From an uncultured candidate division Zixibacteria bacterium (GTDB lineage: Bacteria > Zixibacteria > MSB-5A5 > GN15 > PGXB01): a stretch of 64,000 nt of DNA. The notes beneath the pieces were generated by a model that searched no databases, was not told the origin of the DNA, and worked only from the letters and a program-made list of their open reading frames with translations. The DNA lies in NCBI GenBank assembly GCA_963702205.1, contig OY969724.1, positions 2,880,001-2,944,000 of the forward strand, in the 5' to 3' direction. Positions within the stretch are counted from its first letter, which is position 1; every line of letters begins with the position of its first letter. Below are positions 11,068-20,300 of the stretch, piece after piece. Position numbers and translations under genes: made by a program.

Positions 11068-12485
11068 ACTTTTTTCGTAAATTTCGAGTCTTCCGGTCGG
11101 CGGCAATTTTTATTCTGCCGCTGGCCGGACTGCTTTTAATCGGCTGCGGCTCGGTTACGACCAATAAGGCGTTCTATGGCCCTATCACCGCCGAGCTTCA
11201 TTCCGGCAATTACCGCACGGCCGCTGACGGTATCGAAAAAGCCAAAGCCGATGGTGAGTACGGCAAAAAGGACCGGCTGGTGTACTATATCGACGCCGGG
11301 ATGGCCTGGCACTACGCCGAAAATTATGACACGAGCAATATAAGACTACACGAGGCCGACCTGGCCGCCGACGAGCTTTATACCAAGAGCGTCTCCAAAG
11401 CCGTCCTATCGTACGTTTTAAACGACAACGCCCAGGAATATTCCGGCGAGGATTACGAAATCCTCTACGGTAATCTTGTCTCAGCGCTGAACTATATCGC
11501 CCTCGATATGTTCGACGACGCCTTTGTCGAGATCAAACGCTCCAATGAAAAGCTTCAGGTGCTTGAACAGAAATATACCGATATGTCCCGGGTTCTTCAG
11601 CGCGAACAGGACAAGGACACGCTGGGCATAAAAATCGACTACAAGGCCGACAAGGTTCGTTTCAACAATTCGGCTTTTGCGCGGTATCTGAGCATGCACA
11701 TGTACGCCGCCGACGGTAAGTACGACGACGCCGATCTCGATTACGATCTACTCCGCGCGGCGTTCAAAGAACAGCCGCACATTTATAATTTCGATCCGCC
11801 CGACGTGAAGTTCTACTCCGACGACACGAGCAAAGTTATTTTGTCGGTCGTGGGGCTGGCCGGGATGTCGCCGGTCAAAGAGGCACTGCAGTTGCGACTT
11901 CGCACCGACAGCGATCTCAACCTGGTGCAGGTGCTGTACACCGATCCCGAACGACAGGGCCAGGAGTACAGCCACTTCCCGATGAAGGTCACCGAGAATT
12001 ATTATTTCAAGTTCGCGATACCGTACCTTCTGGACAGACCGTCGATTATTGCCGACGTCCGCGTCCTGGTCGATTCGGTCGACATGGGTTCGCTGCAGCT
12101 GTTGGAGGTCGTCGGCAAGGTGGCCGATGAGACGTTCAAAGCGAAGCGTTCGCTGATATACCTTAAGACAATCGCCCGCGCTCTGGCTAAAGGGCTGATC
12201 GCCGAAAAACAGAAAAAGAAAGTCGACAAAGGTAACGCCGGCGGGTGGTTGGCTAAGCTGGCGATTGATGCCATAACGGATATTTCAGAAAACGCCGATC
12301 TCCGCTGCGCGCGTCTCCTGCCGGACAAGGTTCTGGTGGGCGATTTCGAAGTGCCCCCCGGTCTGCACGACATCACGATCCAGTTTTATGACGCTCAGGG
12401 CAATATAATTACTTCCACAACATATCATGGCTACAAAGTCCTGACCAACGGCCTGAATCTGGTCGAAGGCTTCGCACTGGATTAA
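11061..12485 (+). CDS. COG3014-like lipoprotein
   Basis: Lipobox LIGC; YSGEDYE, DAFVEIKR, ADLRC-x-x-LP; typical partner of LpoB-like genes. Confidence 0.75.
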   Translation: MVDFFRKFRVFRSAAIFILPLAGLLLIGCGSVTTNKAFYGPITAELHSGNYRTAADGIEKAKADGEYGKKDRLVYYIDAGMAWHYAENYDTSNIRLHEADLAADELYTKSVSKAVLSYVLNDNAQEYSGEDYEILYGNLVSALNYIALDMFDDAFVEIKRSNEKLQVLEQKYTDMSRVLQREQDKDTLGIKIDYKADKVRFNNSAFARYLSMHMYAADGKYDDADLDYDLLRAAFKEQPHIYNFDPPDVKFYSDDTSKVILSVVGLAGMSPVKEALQLRLRTDSDLNLVQVLYTDPERQGQEYSHFPMKVTENYYFKFAIPYLLDRPSIIADVRVLVDSVDMGSLQLLEVVGKVADETFKAKRSLIYLKTIARALAKGLIAEKQKKKVDKGNAGGWLAKLAIDAITDISENADLRCARLLPDKVLVGDFEVPPGLHDITIQFYDAQGNIITSTTYHGYKVLTNGLNLVEGFALD

Positions 12486-12520
12486 TTTAATATACATTAT
12501 ACTCTATACTCTATACTCTT

Positions 12521-12999
12521 GTAGGTCGAAACCCCCGCGGTTTCGACATCTTCAATTGCACCATAAACCACATTTCAGAAACCCTGCATAGAATGTCGAG
12601 CCACCAGGGCCTTAGAAATTGCTTTCCAGATATATCGAAAGCCTAACTATAAGTTTGGGTGTATTTACATTATCATACTCTTGATACCATTCAGCCCCCA
12701 CCCCGTAAGGATCATAGCCACCCGTTGGGTGGGCTACAAATCTTGTAGGTCAGGAGCCGTGCCGAAGGTCCTGAACGAAGTGCAGGGTGCTCCTGACATC
12801 TTCTCTTGCGAGAAACCCGACATAGAATGTCCGGCTACGCCGACCATATATTCAACAAATTCATTGTATGGTGCATCATCGCAACTTGCACCCGTTGGGT
12901 GGGCTACAAATCTGTCGGGCCACCCAAACCATATTTTCATCAAATACATTGCATGTTGCATTATCGCAACTTGCCACCCGTTGGGTGGGCTACAAATCT
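12521..12999. repeat. cluster of GTAG-type REP-like palindromes (BIME-like)
   Basis: GTAG-GTCGAAACC..GGTTTCGAC-ATC (12521-12550); GTAG-GTCAGGAGC..GCTCCTGAC-ATC (12745-12800); three identical 25-mers CACCCGTTGGGTGGGCTACAAATCT (12719, 12889, 12975). Confidence 0.85.
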
Positions 13000-13058
13000 T
13001 ATCCGATCATTCGATTTTGCGTTTTTTGGTTTTCATATTACCGCTCAAAAATTTTCCA

Positions 13059-13640
13059 TTAAGCCACCTCGCACGCCGTCTGGCAGATAGATTTCATTTT
13101 CTTCAGAAAGTTGGAGCGGATATCATCGTTCGATTCATCAGCCAGCATCTGCAAGTAATTCCTGAATTCTTTCATCAGGCATTCGTGAAACAGTCTGCGG
13201 TTGACAATCAGCCCACGATCGTCGGCGGAATACGCCACCATCGGATCAGAGGTATTGTTGACTATTTTCGAACTGCCGCGAAGTTCGGCCTGATGCAATA
13301 TGCCGCAGCGTATATGCCTGTAAAAAAGCTCGGCCTGGCGCGTTTCAAAGTACTTTCCGAACGACGTTCCTGTTAAAAACGTGATGAAATAATCTTTCGA
13401 TTTACCGGTCGGGGTCCTGTTGACGCCTTCACGAAACTGCTGAAGCATTTCGATCAAAAGGCAGTCGAGCGCCATTACCGCAAACCCCGCGTAGGCGCAG
13501 CTTTCGATTTGCTCTATCGGCCGCAGGAATCGTTCTTCGGTACGTTCCTTGAATATATTTATCGCACAGCCCCAGTCTTTTTCGGAATCAAAGGATATGC
13601 TATGCCAGTCCTGTGCGGTAAACGACGGCGATATTTTCAT
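13059..13640 (-). CDS. hypothetical protein with HEPN-like R-x4-H motif
   Basis: Helical protein with GFAVMALDCLLIE and FY-x-x-IRCGILHQ. Confidence 0.6.
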   Translation of the reverse strand: MKISPSFTAQDWHSISFDSEKDWGCAINIFKERTEERFLRPIEQIESCAYAGFAVMALDCLLIEMLQQFREGVNRTPTGKSKDYFITFLTGTSFGKYFETRQAELFYRHIRCGILHQAELRGSSKIVNNTSDPMVAYSADDRGLIVNRRLFHECLMKEFRNYLQMLADESNDDIRSNFLKKMKSICQTACEVA

Positions 13641-13662
13641 CGTCCTCTCCCAATAGTAGAAA

Positions 13663-14981
13663 TTACTTCGGCATGCCGGTCTTAGTCATAAGTTCCTGCA
13701 GTCTTTTGTAACCGGTGCTGTCGGGATCGACTTTAAGCAGCTCATTTTGAAAATTATCGAAGCTAAACAGGCGGCCTTTATAATCGGAATACATGATTCT
13801 CAACAGAGCGTAGTACTTATCGTCACCTATTTTCTGACGCAGCAGGTCGCACACGTACGGACCCTTCCCGACCAGCACTTTGCTTTTGACATCGGTGCGG
13901 GGCAGATCAATATCAAGCAGAGCGGGTTCATCGATGTTGCCTTCGACCTCACGGTAAATCCCCAGAAGAGCCTGCAGGGAATCCTGCAGCGCCTGTTTGC
14001 CTTCACCATGAGTAATGTACAACAGCTTCAGATGCTGCGGCAGCGACAGGCTTAAAAAAAACGCTCCCGGTCCGCGCAGTTCGGGATAGACACCATACCC
14101 GATCCACTCCACCGCCGTCATCGAGCCGAGTTCTTCATAATTTCCGTCGAGAAACCGCCCAATAACGTCCGGCCCGATAAACATCATCCCCGGACCAACT
14201 TCGGCCCCGGGGCGATTCGGCGTTTCGATTATCGACAGACGTTTGTACGAATATGGTCCGATTTTATCGGAGTAGAAATCCATCGCGGCTCCGGCCTGCT
14301 GGGCGATTTTTTCCTGCGAAGTATTGTCCACCGTCTCGGCATAGAAATATATTTCGGTTCCCGATTCCGGGCATTTGTACATAGTAGTTTGATATAAATT
14401 GTCCTGCGCCAAAAGCAGCGATATCCGGTTGGTCGGGGTATCAGATTTCCAGACGTATTCTTTTCTGTCGTTTCTGTCGGAAATCGAGACGAGATCGCCG
14501 TTGCTTATGGTAATATATTCAGGATAAACGACGGCCGTCAATTTGAATGTGGCCAGGTCGTTGTTAATTTGCGGATACCATACTTTATTTTGTTCCAGGA
14601 TGAATTTATCGGTAATGTCGGGCGCGGGGAGCGTGTATACGAACTTCACCCGTAGCAGGCTGTCATCGTGCAATTCCGGGGTACAATAACCTTGAAAACA
14701 CGCCATTCAAAATGCGATTGAGTGGGGACCGATCCGTCCGGCGACGACAATACAACACTGTCCAGCTCGGCGAATTGAGTAAAGTACATGCCGATCGTAT
14801 CGATGTCGGCGGCTTTGGAAACCTCGATCATACAATTCACGCGGAAGACAGAATCGGCTTTATCGTGTACGACATGAATATCATAATGTCGTATATCAAT
14901 CGATACCGCTCCCGCCGTCTGAGATAAGGCAGCGAACAAGAGAATTGCGAAAAACAGGCTCAGTATTTTATTTTTGGTCAC
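13663..14981 (-). pseudogene. secreted M1-aminopeptidase-fold protein, split by a 1-nt frameshift near 14678-14681 (possibly a sequencing error)
   Basis: ORF 14646-14981 gives the signal peptide and HYDI; ORF 13663-14706 gives WYP, GPYSYKRLSIIE, GKG..LLRQKIGDD; the frames join at a CCCC run. Confidence 0.7.
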
Positions 14982-15017
14982 GTCAATCCCCGCAATTTAT
15001 TAATAGTCATAATTATC

Positions 15018-17162
15018 TTACTGATTTAAATCCTTCACTTTCATATCGAGTACTTTAAAAAGGAAACCGTACGTGTCGGCGACCTCATTGATGATGACAT
15101 CGGTTGCCAGTGTATGCCCGTGACCGCCCATGCGTTCGACCCGCAGCAAGATCGGATTTTTGCCTGAATCGGCCGCCTGAAGCGCCGCCGCGAATTTTTT
15201 GGCGTGGCCGGGCGAAACCCGATCGTCACCGTCGGCGGTGGTGATCAGGGCCGCAGGGTAGGTCGTCCCCTTCATTATATTATGGTACGGCGAGTACGCC
15301 CTGAGATATTTGAACTGATCGGGATCGAGATCGGCGTTGCCATACTCGCCCTGCCACCAGTGCCCCACACCCATATTTTGATAGCGCAGCATATCGGTCA
15401 GGGGAACTTCGCAGACAACCGCTCCGAACAGGTCCGGCCGCTGCACCATACAGGCCGCAACCAGCAGCCCTCCGTTGGAGCCGCCTTCGATAGCCAGCTT
15501 TGATGTATTGCTGTACTTAGCCTTTATAAGGTACTCCGCGGCGGCGATGAAATCATCGAATACATTTTGCTTGTTTTCGAGCATACCGGCGCGGTGCCAC
15601 GCCTCGCCGTACTCATTGCCTCCCCGCGTCACCGCCACCGCCAGGATGCCTCCTTGTTTCATCCACAACGAGCGCGACACCGAGAAAAACGGCGTCTGGT
15701 TAACCTGGAAGCCACCGTAACCGTACAAAAGCGTTGGGTTGGAACCATCCTGCTTCAGCGTCTTAAGATGCGTTATAAAAATCGGGATGCGCGTGCCGTC
15801 CTTAGATTCACCAAACTCCAGCCTAGTGACGAAAAGATCAGGGTTGAAATCGACGTCCGATTTAAAAAAGGTCGTAAGACTGTCCTTGTCGAAATCGTAT
15901 TTGAATATCGTATTCGGATACAGGAACGACCCGAAATTAATAAACACATGCCGGTCTTTCTGGCGGCACGATATAGCGTCGACCGTACCCATCGTGGGCA
16001 GCGGGATTTCATTTTCAAACGAGCCGTCGAGAAAATACACATACAATTTGCTGTGGGCGTCATGGAGATATCGTCCCACGAATTTCATGTTGACCAGCTT
16101 TATCCCCTCGAGCACGTCATCGCGTTCCGAGACAACCTCATTCCAGGCCGTTCTCTCCGGCTTTCTGACATTGATTGAAATCACCCGCCCCAGCGGGGCA
16201 TTGAGATCGGTTTGGAAATAAAACGTGAAGTCGTAATTTCCGAGGAAGCGATATTCGGCATCCCAGTCGTTCAGCAGTTTGACAACCGGGCCATTTTCCT
16301 GGAGATTTTTAAAATAAACCAGGTTCTCGCGGTCGGTTCCGCGCCAGACGTGGATAACCAGAAATCGTCCGTCCTCGGTCACCTGCGGCTCGAAACCGTA
16401 GCGCTTGTTGACCTGGTCTTCATAGACGATGACATCCTCGGACTGCGGTGTCCCCAGCGTATGCCAACAGACTTTCTGATAATAGGTCATATCTTCTTCG
16501 TTTTCAACCTCGTCCGGCCTGGGGAAACGGCTGTAGAAAAAGCCACTGTCGTTGGGTAGCCATGACGGAGCATCAAGACGGGTATAGCGGATTGTGTCGG
16601 CGAGGAATTTACCGGTGTCGATATCTTTGATCAGAATCAACTGTTCGTCGTGTCCGCTGTACGATAACCCGCAGGCGATATAACGCCCGTCGGGGCTGAT
16701 CGAGTATGTGCCCAAACCGACCGAACCATCGGGGGCGAATTTATTGGGATCAAATACCACGACCGGATCGGTCTGACCATCTATCTGCATATAAAGAACC
16801 GACTGGTTTTGCAGACCTTCATTTTTCTCATAAAACAGCCGCCCGTCTTTTTGTCTGGGAGTTGAATACTTGGTGTAGTCGTACATTTTGGCGTATTCAT
16901 TGCGGAATTTCTCGCGTTCGGGCGTATCGACAAAATCCTGGGTCAGCTTGTTCTCGGCGTCGACCCAGGCTTGTGTTTCGGGTGAATCGGCGTCTTCGAG
17001 CCAGCGGTAGGGATCGGTAATCTTGACGCCGAAATAATCATCGACCACCTGCTTGAGCGGGGCCTCCGGGTAGGTGAATTTCTCACCGGCCAAAGATACC
17101 GAAGACAGAGCCGCAGCCGCGACGACGGCGGCAAAGGTTAATCTTTTCAGCCTGGTTTTCAT
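15018..17162 (-). CDS. secreted prolyl oligopeptidase (S9A)
   Basis: DPYRWLED, YGYGGF, RGGNEYG, GGSNGGLL (Ser), DDRV (Asp), GHG (His). Confidence 0.97.
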   Translation of the reverse strand: MKTRLKRLTFAAVVAAAALSSVSLAGEKFTYPEAPLKQVVDDYFGVKITDPYRWLEDADSPETQAWVDAENKLTQDFVDTPEREKFRNEYAKMYDYTKYSTPRQKDGRLFYEKNEGLQNQSVLYMQIDGQTDPVVVFDPNKFAPDGSVGLGTYSISPDGRYIACGLSYSGHDEQLILIKDIDTGKFLADTIRYTRLDAPSWLPNDSGFFYSRFPRPDEVENEEDMTYYQKVCWHTLGTPQSEDVIVYEDQVNKRYGFEPQVTEDGRFLVIHVWRGTDRENLVYFKNLQENGPVVKLLNDWDAEYRFLGNYDFTFYFQTDLNAPLGRVISINVRKPERTAWNEVVSERDDVLEGIKLVNMKFVGRYLHDAHSKLYVYFLDGSFENEIPLPTMGTVDAISCRQKDRHVFINFGSFLYPNTIFKYDFDKDSLTTFFKSDVDFNPDLFVTRLEFGESKDGTRIPIFITHLKTLKQDGSNPTLLYGYGGFQVNQTPFFSVSRSLWMKQGGILAVAVTRGGNEYGEAWHRAGMLENKQNVFDDFIAAAEYLIKAKYSNTSKLAIEGGSNGGLLVAACMVQRPDLFGAVVCEVPLTDMLRYQNMGVGHWWQGEYGNADLDPDQFKYLRAYSPYHNIMKGTTYPAALITTADGDDRVSPGHAKKFAAALQAADSGKNPILLRVERMGGHGHTLATDVIINEVADTYGFLFKVLDMKVKDLNQ

Positions 17163-17240
17163 AAACGATCTCCCATTTTGTTATTTTACAGGAAAATAGA
17201 CAATAGGTTTGATTTTAGCAAGCGCCACACCAAAAAGCTG

Positions 17241-17549
17241 TCAGCTCGAACTGGCTTTGCCGAACAGGAATTTGGAGAATAGAGTGATTGTGGCCGAAAC
17301 GACCAGCAGAGTGAATTTGGGGTCGATCTGCTGCATGATAAAATAAGCCAGCAGGACCGGTATAATAATGTAGAGGACTAATTTAAACAGGATCTTGATA
17401 ATCTTTATGACAGACAATACAACCAGCCCCATAAAAATCGCGATCTCGATTATGAGCCCCGGCGGCCCGAACGCGTCGAGGATTTCCTTTTTTAAATAGA
17501 TCAAAGCGTCCGGCGCTTTTTCGATTATTTTCGCCAGAATTTCTTCCAC
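17241..17549 (-). CDS. small hydrophobic membrane protein
   Basis: Multiple TM-like segments; AAGG before the GTG start. Confidence 0.6.
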   Translation of the reverse strand: MEEILAKIIEKAPDALIYLKKEILDAFGPPGLIIEIAIFMGLVVLSVIKIIKILFKLVLYIIIPVLLAYFIMQQIDPKFTLLVVSATITLFSKFLFGKASSS

Positions 17550-17772
17550 GGCCTTACCGAGATATGTAATTATTCAACAGGCTGTCAGAGAGGATATTTC
17601 TATAGGCGCACCTGGTTTCTCCAATTGTATTTTAAGCAATATTGGGAAGTATGTCTACAAAAATATCTACTTTAAGAGGGTAAAAGCACAGCGACACATT
17701 GACAATCACCCAAGCCGACTTACGCCCTGCACATGAAGTATTACTTTAACCATAGCACCGATCCCCGACAAT

Positions 17773-18160
17773 GTCATTCCCGCGCACGCGGGAATCCAGC
17801 GAAGTAGGTCGGGTTCCGAGTTTTTGAGAAACCCGACATAGAATGTCGGGCCACCCAGTCAATCGCATAGGTCACGCCCACTCGGGGCGTGACATCTTTC
17901 AAGAATGTTTAATCTCTAAAGAGATTTCAAGCGACCGGCAGACGCCCTCGTCTGCCGGTTAATAGGTCGAAGCGTTCCGTCGGGTGTTGATTTCGACGTG
18001 GTCGAAATTGTCACCCGACGGAAACCGTTGAAAGACCGCCGGGTCACATCCCGACTTCGTCGGGACAAGACCCCGCGAAACTTAAAAAGAGTACTTTTGG
18101 GACAGCCTCAGGGCGTCTGCCGCGCACAATATGTAATCTTGTAACCCACCCAACGGGTGG
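17773..18160. repeat. second cluster of REP-like and other palindromes
   Basis: GTCATTCCCGCGCACGCGGGAATCC; GTAG-GTCGGGTT..AACCCGAC; CCCGACATAGAATGTCGGG; ATAG-GTCACGCCC..GGGCGTGAC-ATC; ACCGGCAGACG..CGTCTGCCGGT; TTCCGTCGGGTG..CACCCGACGGAA; inverted copy of the 25-mer at 18141. Confidence 0.85.
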
Positions 18161-18180
18161 GAAATTACTTACGCGCAATA

Positions 18181-18855
18181 CTAAACTCTAATCACACAAA
18201 AGACACTGGAGCTGTCAACCGTCTCAATCCGGGCAGTCAAACCAAGTTCATCTATTATTCGACCGAACTCCGATGGCCCATAGGTGGTCGCGGTGAAACC
18301 ATCCTTACAGACAATTTTGCCGTCGCCGGTTTTGTCCCAGTCTATCTCCCCCAGCAGCCCTTCTCTGGATTGAAGCTCGAACCACTCCCGACGATGCGGC
18401 CAGAATTCCTCGGCATAACTGGAAAACAGCGCCACTCCCCCGGGTTTGGTGACGCGCATCGCTTCGGGGATAAGGATTTTGGGCTCGATATGAAACGCCG
18501 ACAGCCCGTTTTGAATGCAGAAAGTGACGTCGAACGTTTGATCGTCGAAAGCCATGCACGTGGCATCCATCACCGCTAAGCGGACATTTTCAACGCCTTT
18601 CAAATAATCTTTGGCGTCGGTGATGCTCGATGGCGAGTTGTCGATGCCATAAAGTATTTTGAAATCCCCGGCCAGTTGAGCCATCGCCCGGCCATAGCCG
18701 CATCCCAGTTCCAAACCGAGCGCCTTCTCGCCCGCGAATGACCGCACGAATTCAAATTCGGCCTCGAAGTACTGCCGTACCCTCGGCGGCGCGAGGGCAT
18801 ATACTTTTCTGAGCCTTTCCGCAACCAGCCGGTCTTTGTAATAGTCGAATGGCAT
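18181..18855 (-). CDS. class I SAM-dependent methyltransferase
   Basis: LELGCGYGR, GIDNS, MDA, FDV, RVTKPGG. Confidence 0.9.
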   Translation of the reverse strand: MPFDYYKDRLVAERLRKVYALAPPRVRQYFEAEFEFVRSFAGEKALGLELGCGYGRAMAQLAGDFKILYGIDNSPSSITDAKDYLKGVENVRLAVMDATCMAFDDQTFDVTFCIQNGLSAFHIEPKILIPEAMRVTKPGGVALFSSYAEEFWPHRREWFELQSREGLLGEIDWDKTGDGKIVCKDGFTATTYGPSEFGRIIDELGLTARIETVDSSSVFCVIRV

Positions 18856-18987
18856 GGGTTAAATATATGGATTTATGGAAGGGTTTCAAGGGGGTGCCCC
18901 GCCCGAATGATTTGAATTAACCGAAGCAATTGTAGCATCATAGTTGCATATCTAAGAATATCCATTATATTGAATTAAGGGAGGCAC

Positions 18988-20190
18988 ATGATGAAAGCAA
19001 CCACGCTCTTTATTATACTTATCGCCGCATTGATATTTACTTCGGCCAGTGCAGATGATATTAATAATCCTATTGATATCTATTTGCATCCATATAGAAT
19101 GATAAATGCCCGAGATACCAGAAATGATTCCGTTTATGCGGGTTCATTAGAATTCACTCAATTGCCCCAGTACGAAAAAACGACAGATGTCATCATTAAA
19201 CATGTTTGCTGGTTTGATACGGAAAAAGGATTTGTATTCTTGTGCAGCAATCATTTTGAAACCGGCTATATTATGGACGATTATTGGATTGAATTTCCGG
19301 GCGAATATCATAAAGGTGATACCATCTCTGCGATATTTCGTATAACCCCCAATCGAATTGGCTATATGGACTTAGGTTTTTCAGTTTTTGAAATCCCGGA
19401 TAATTTATCAGCGAATTATACTTCAATGAGGCCACGAATAGGTGAGACAATAAGCGCCGGCTTACGATTAGGGATTGACGGAAAAACTGCTGCCATAAAA
19501 TCGTTTAAATGTGACTCCAGGTTCGTTTCGCCATTCGGTGTATCACGCGAACTCCTAATCGATAGCATGGTCTTTTTTAAGGACCCCAAGCCTATAGTTC
19601 ATAAATATTCGGCTCCCATAAATGAGGAATTAAAAGGGCTCGCCAACTCTTATATATTTTCCGTAAAGGTTGTGGCAAGACCAAGTCTCGACAGCAAAAA
19701 TGAGCTTGGAATCGACTGTTATGTATCTCCTTACCATAATCTTGAAAAAGGTATTGGTTTTATGATCATGCACCCGGATGGGGTTGATGTGTCCGATTGT
19801 GCACCGAGCGTCGTTGGTCCGGTAGATTCATCTCAGGTTTATAAATTTTCCGCAAAATTAAATTTCAAGGAATCGGGTACAAATCAAATATCATTTGGTT
19901 TGCTGATTATGAATCCTGATTTCAGAAAAGAAGGGGGCGTATTTTCAGGTAGAAAGAAAAGTTACATTATAGGCAATGGGATCAGGCTTTATGTTGGAAT
20001 AGACGATAACAATAGCATCTTTTTTATTTCCAGCAAGAATCCATACGTTTATTTATCACGTCCGGAGAAATTTTTGGAGCCGCTATCGGTAATAGATAGC
20101 AGATTTCAAATAATCGAAAATCTCCCGCTTTTGCCTGATAATGAAAAAACCAAAGGTTCAGGCTTTGATCAATTAATTACTGAACCTTAG
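18988..20190 (+). CDS. secreted hypothetical protein, AT-rich gene
   Basis: GGGAGG RBS, signal peptide ending ASA; beta-rich; no family recognised. Confidence 0.75.
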   Translation: MMKATTLFIILIAALIFTSASADDINNPIDIYLHPYRMINARDTRNDSVYAGSLEFTQLPQYEKTTDVIIKHVCWFDTEKGFVFLCSNHFETGYIMDDYWIEFPGEYHKGDTISAIFRITPNRIGYMDLGFSVFEIPDNLSANYTSMRPRIGETISAGLRLGIDGKTAAIKSFKCDSRFVSPFGVSRELLIDSMVFFKDPKPIVHKYSAPINEELKGLANSYIFSVKVVARPSLDSKNELGIDCYVSPYHNLEKGIGFMIMHPDGVDVSDCAPSVVGPVDSSQVYKFSAKLNFKESGTNQISFGLLIMNPDFRKEGGVFSGRKKSYIIGNGIRLYVGIDDNNSIFFISSKNPYVYLSRPEKFLEPLSVIDSRFQIIENLPLLPDNEKTKGSGFDQLITEP

Positions 20191-20236
20191 TATATTCAAG
20201 TGACCCTAAGACAGTACAATTAAATATATCGCCCAT

Positions 20237-20275
20237 AAAAAAACCCGGCAGATATTTCAACCCGCCGGGTTTTTA
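20237..20275. terminator. bidirectional intrinsic terminator
   Basis: AAAAAAACCCGGC...GCCGGGTTTTT between convergent genes. Confidence 0.8.
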
Positions 20276-20300
20276 TTTAATCGCTACATGATGCCCCGCA

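Noticed and set aside
12498..12519. TATACTC x3 microsatellite
   Set aside because: Short intergenic repeat with no evident function.
12719..12999. Three identical 25-bp repeats as a CRISPR array
   Set aside because: Spacers are 145 and 61 nt, partly homologous to each other and contain other REPs; an inverted copy lies at 18141; no cas genes.
12681..13376. 231-aa ORF with repeated TRW/PVGWATNL peptides
   Set aside because: Translation through the REP cluster and antisense to the HEPN-like gene.
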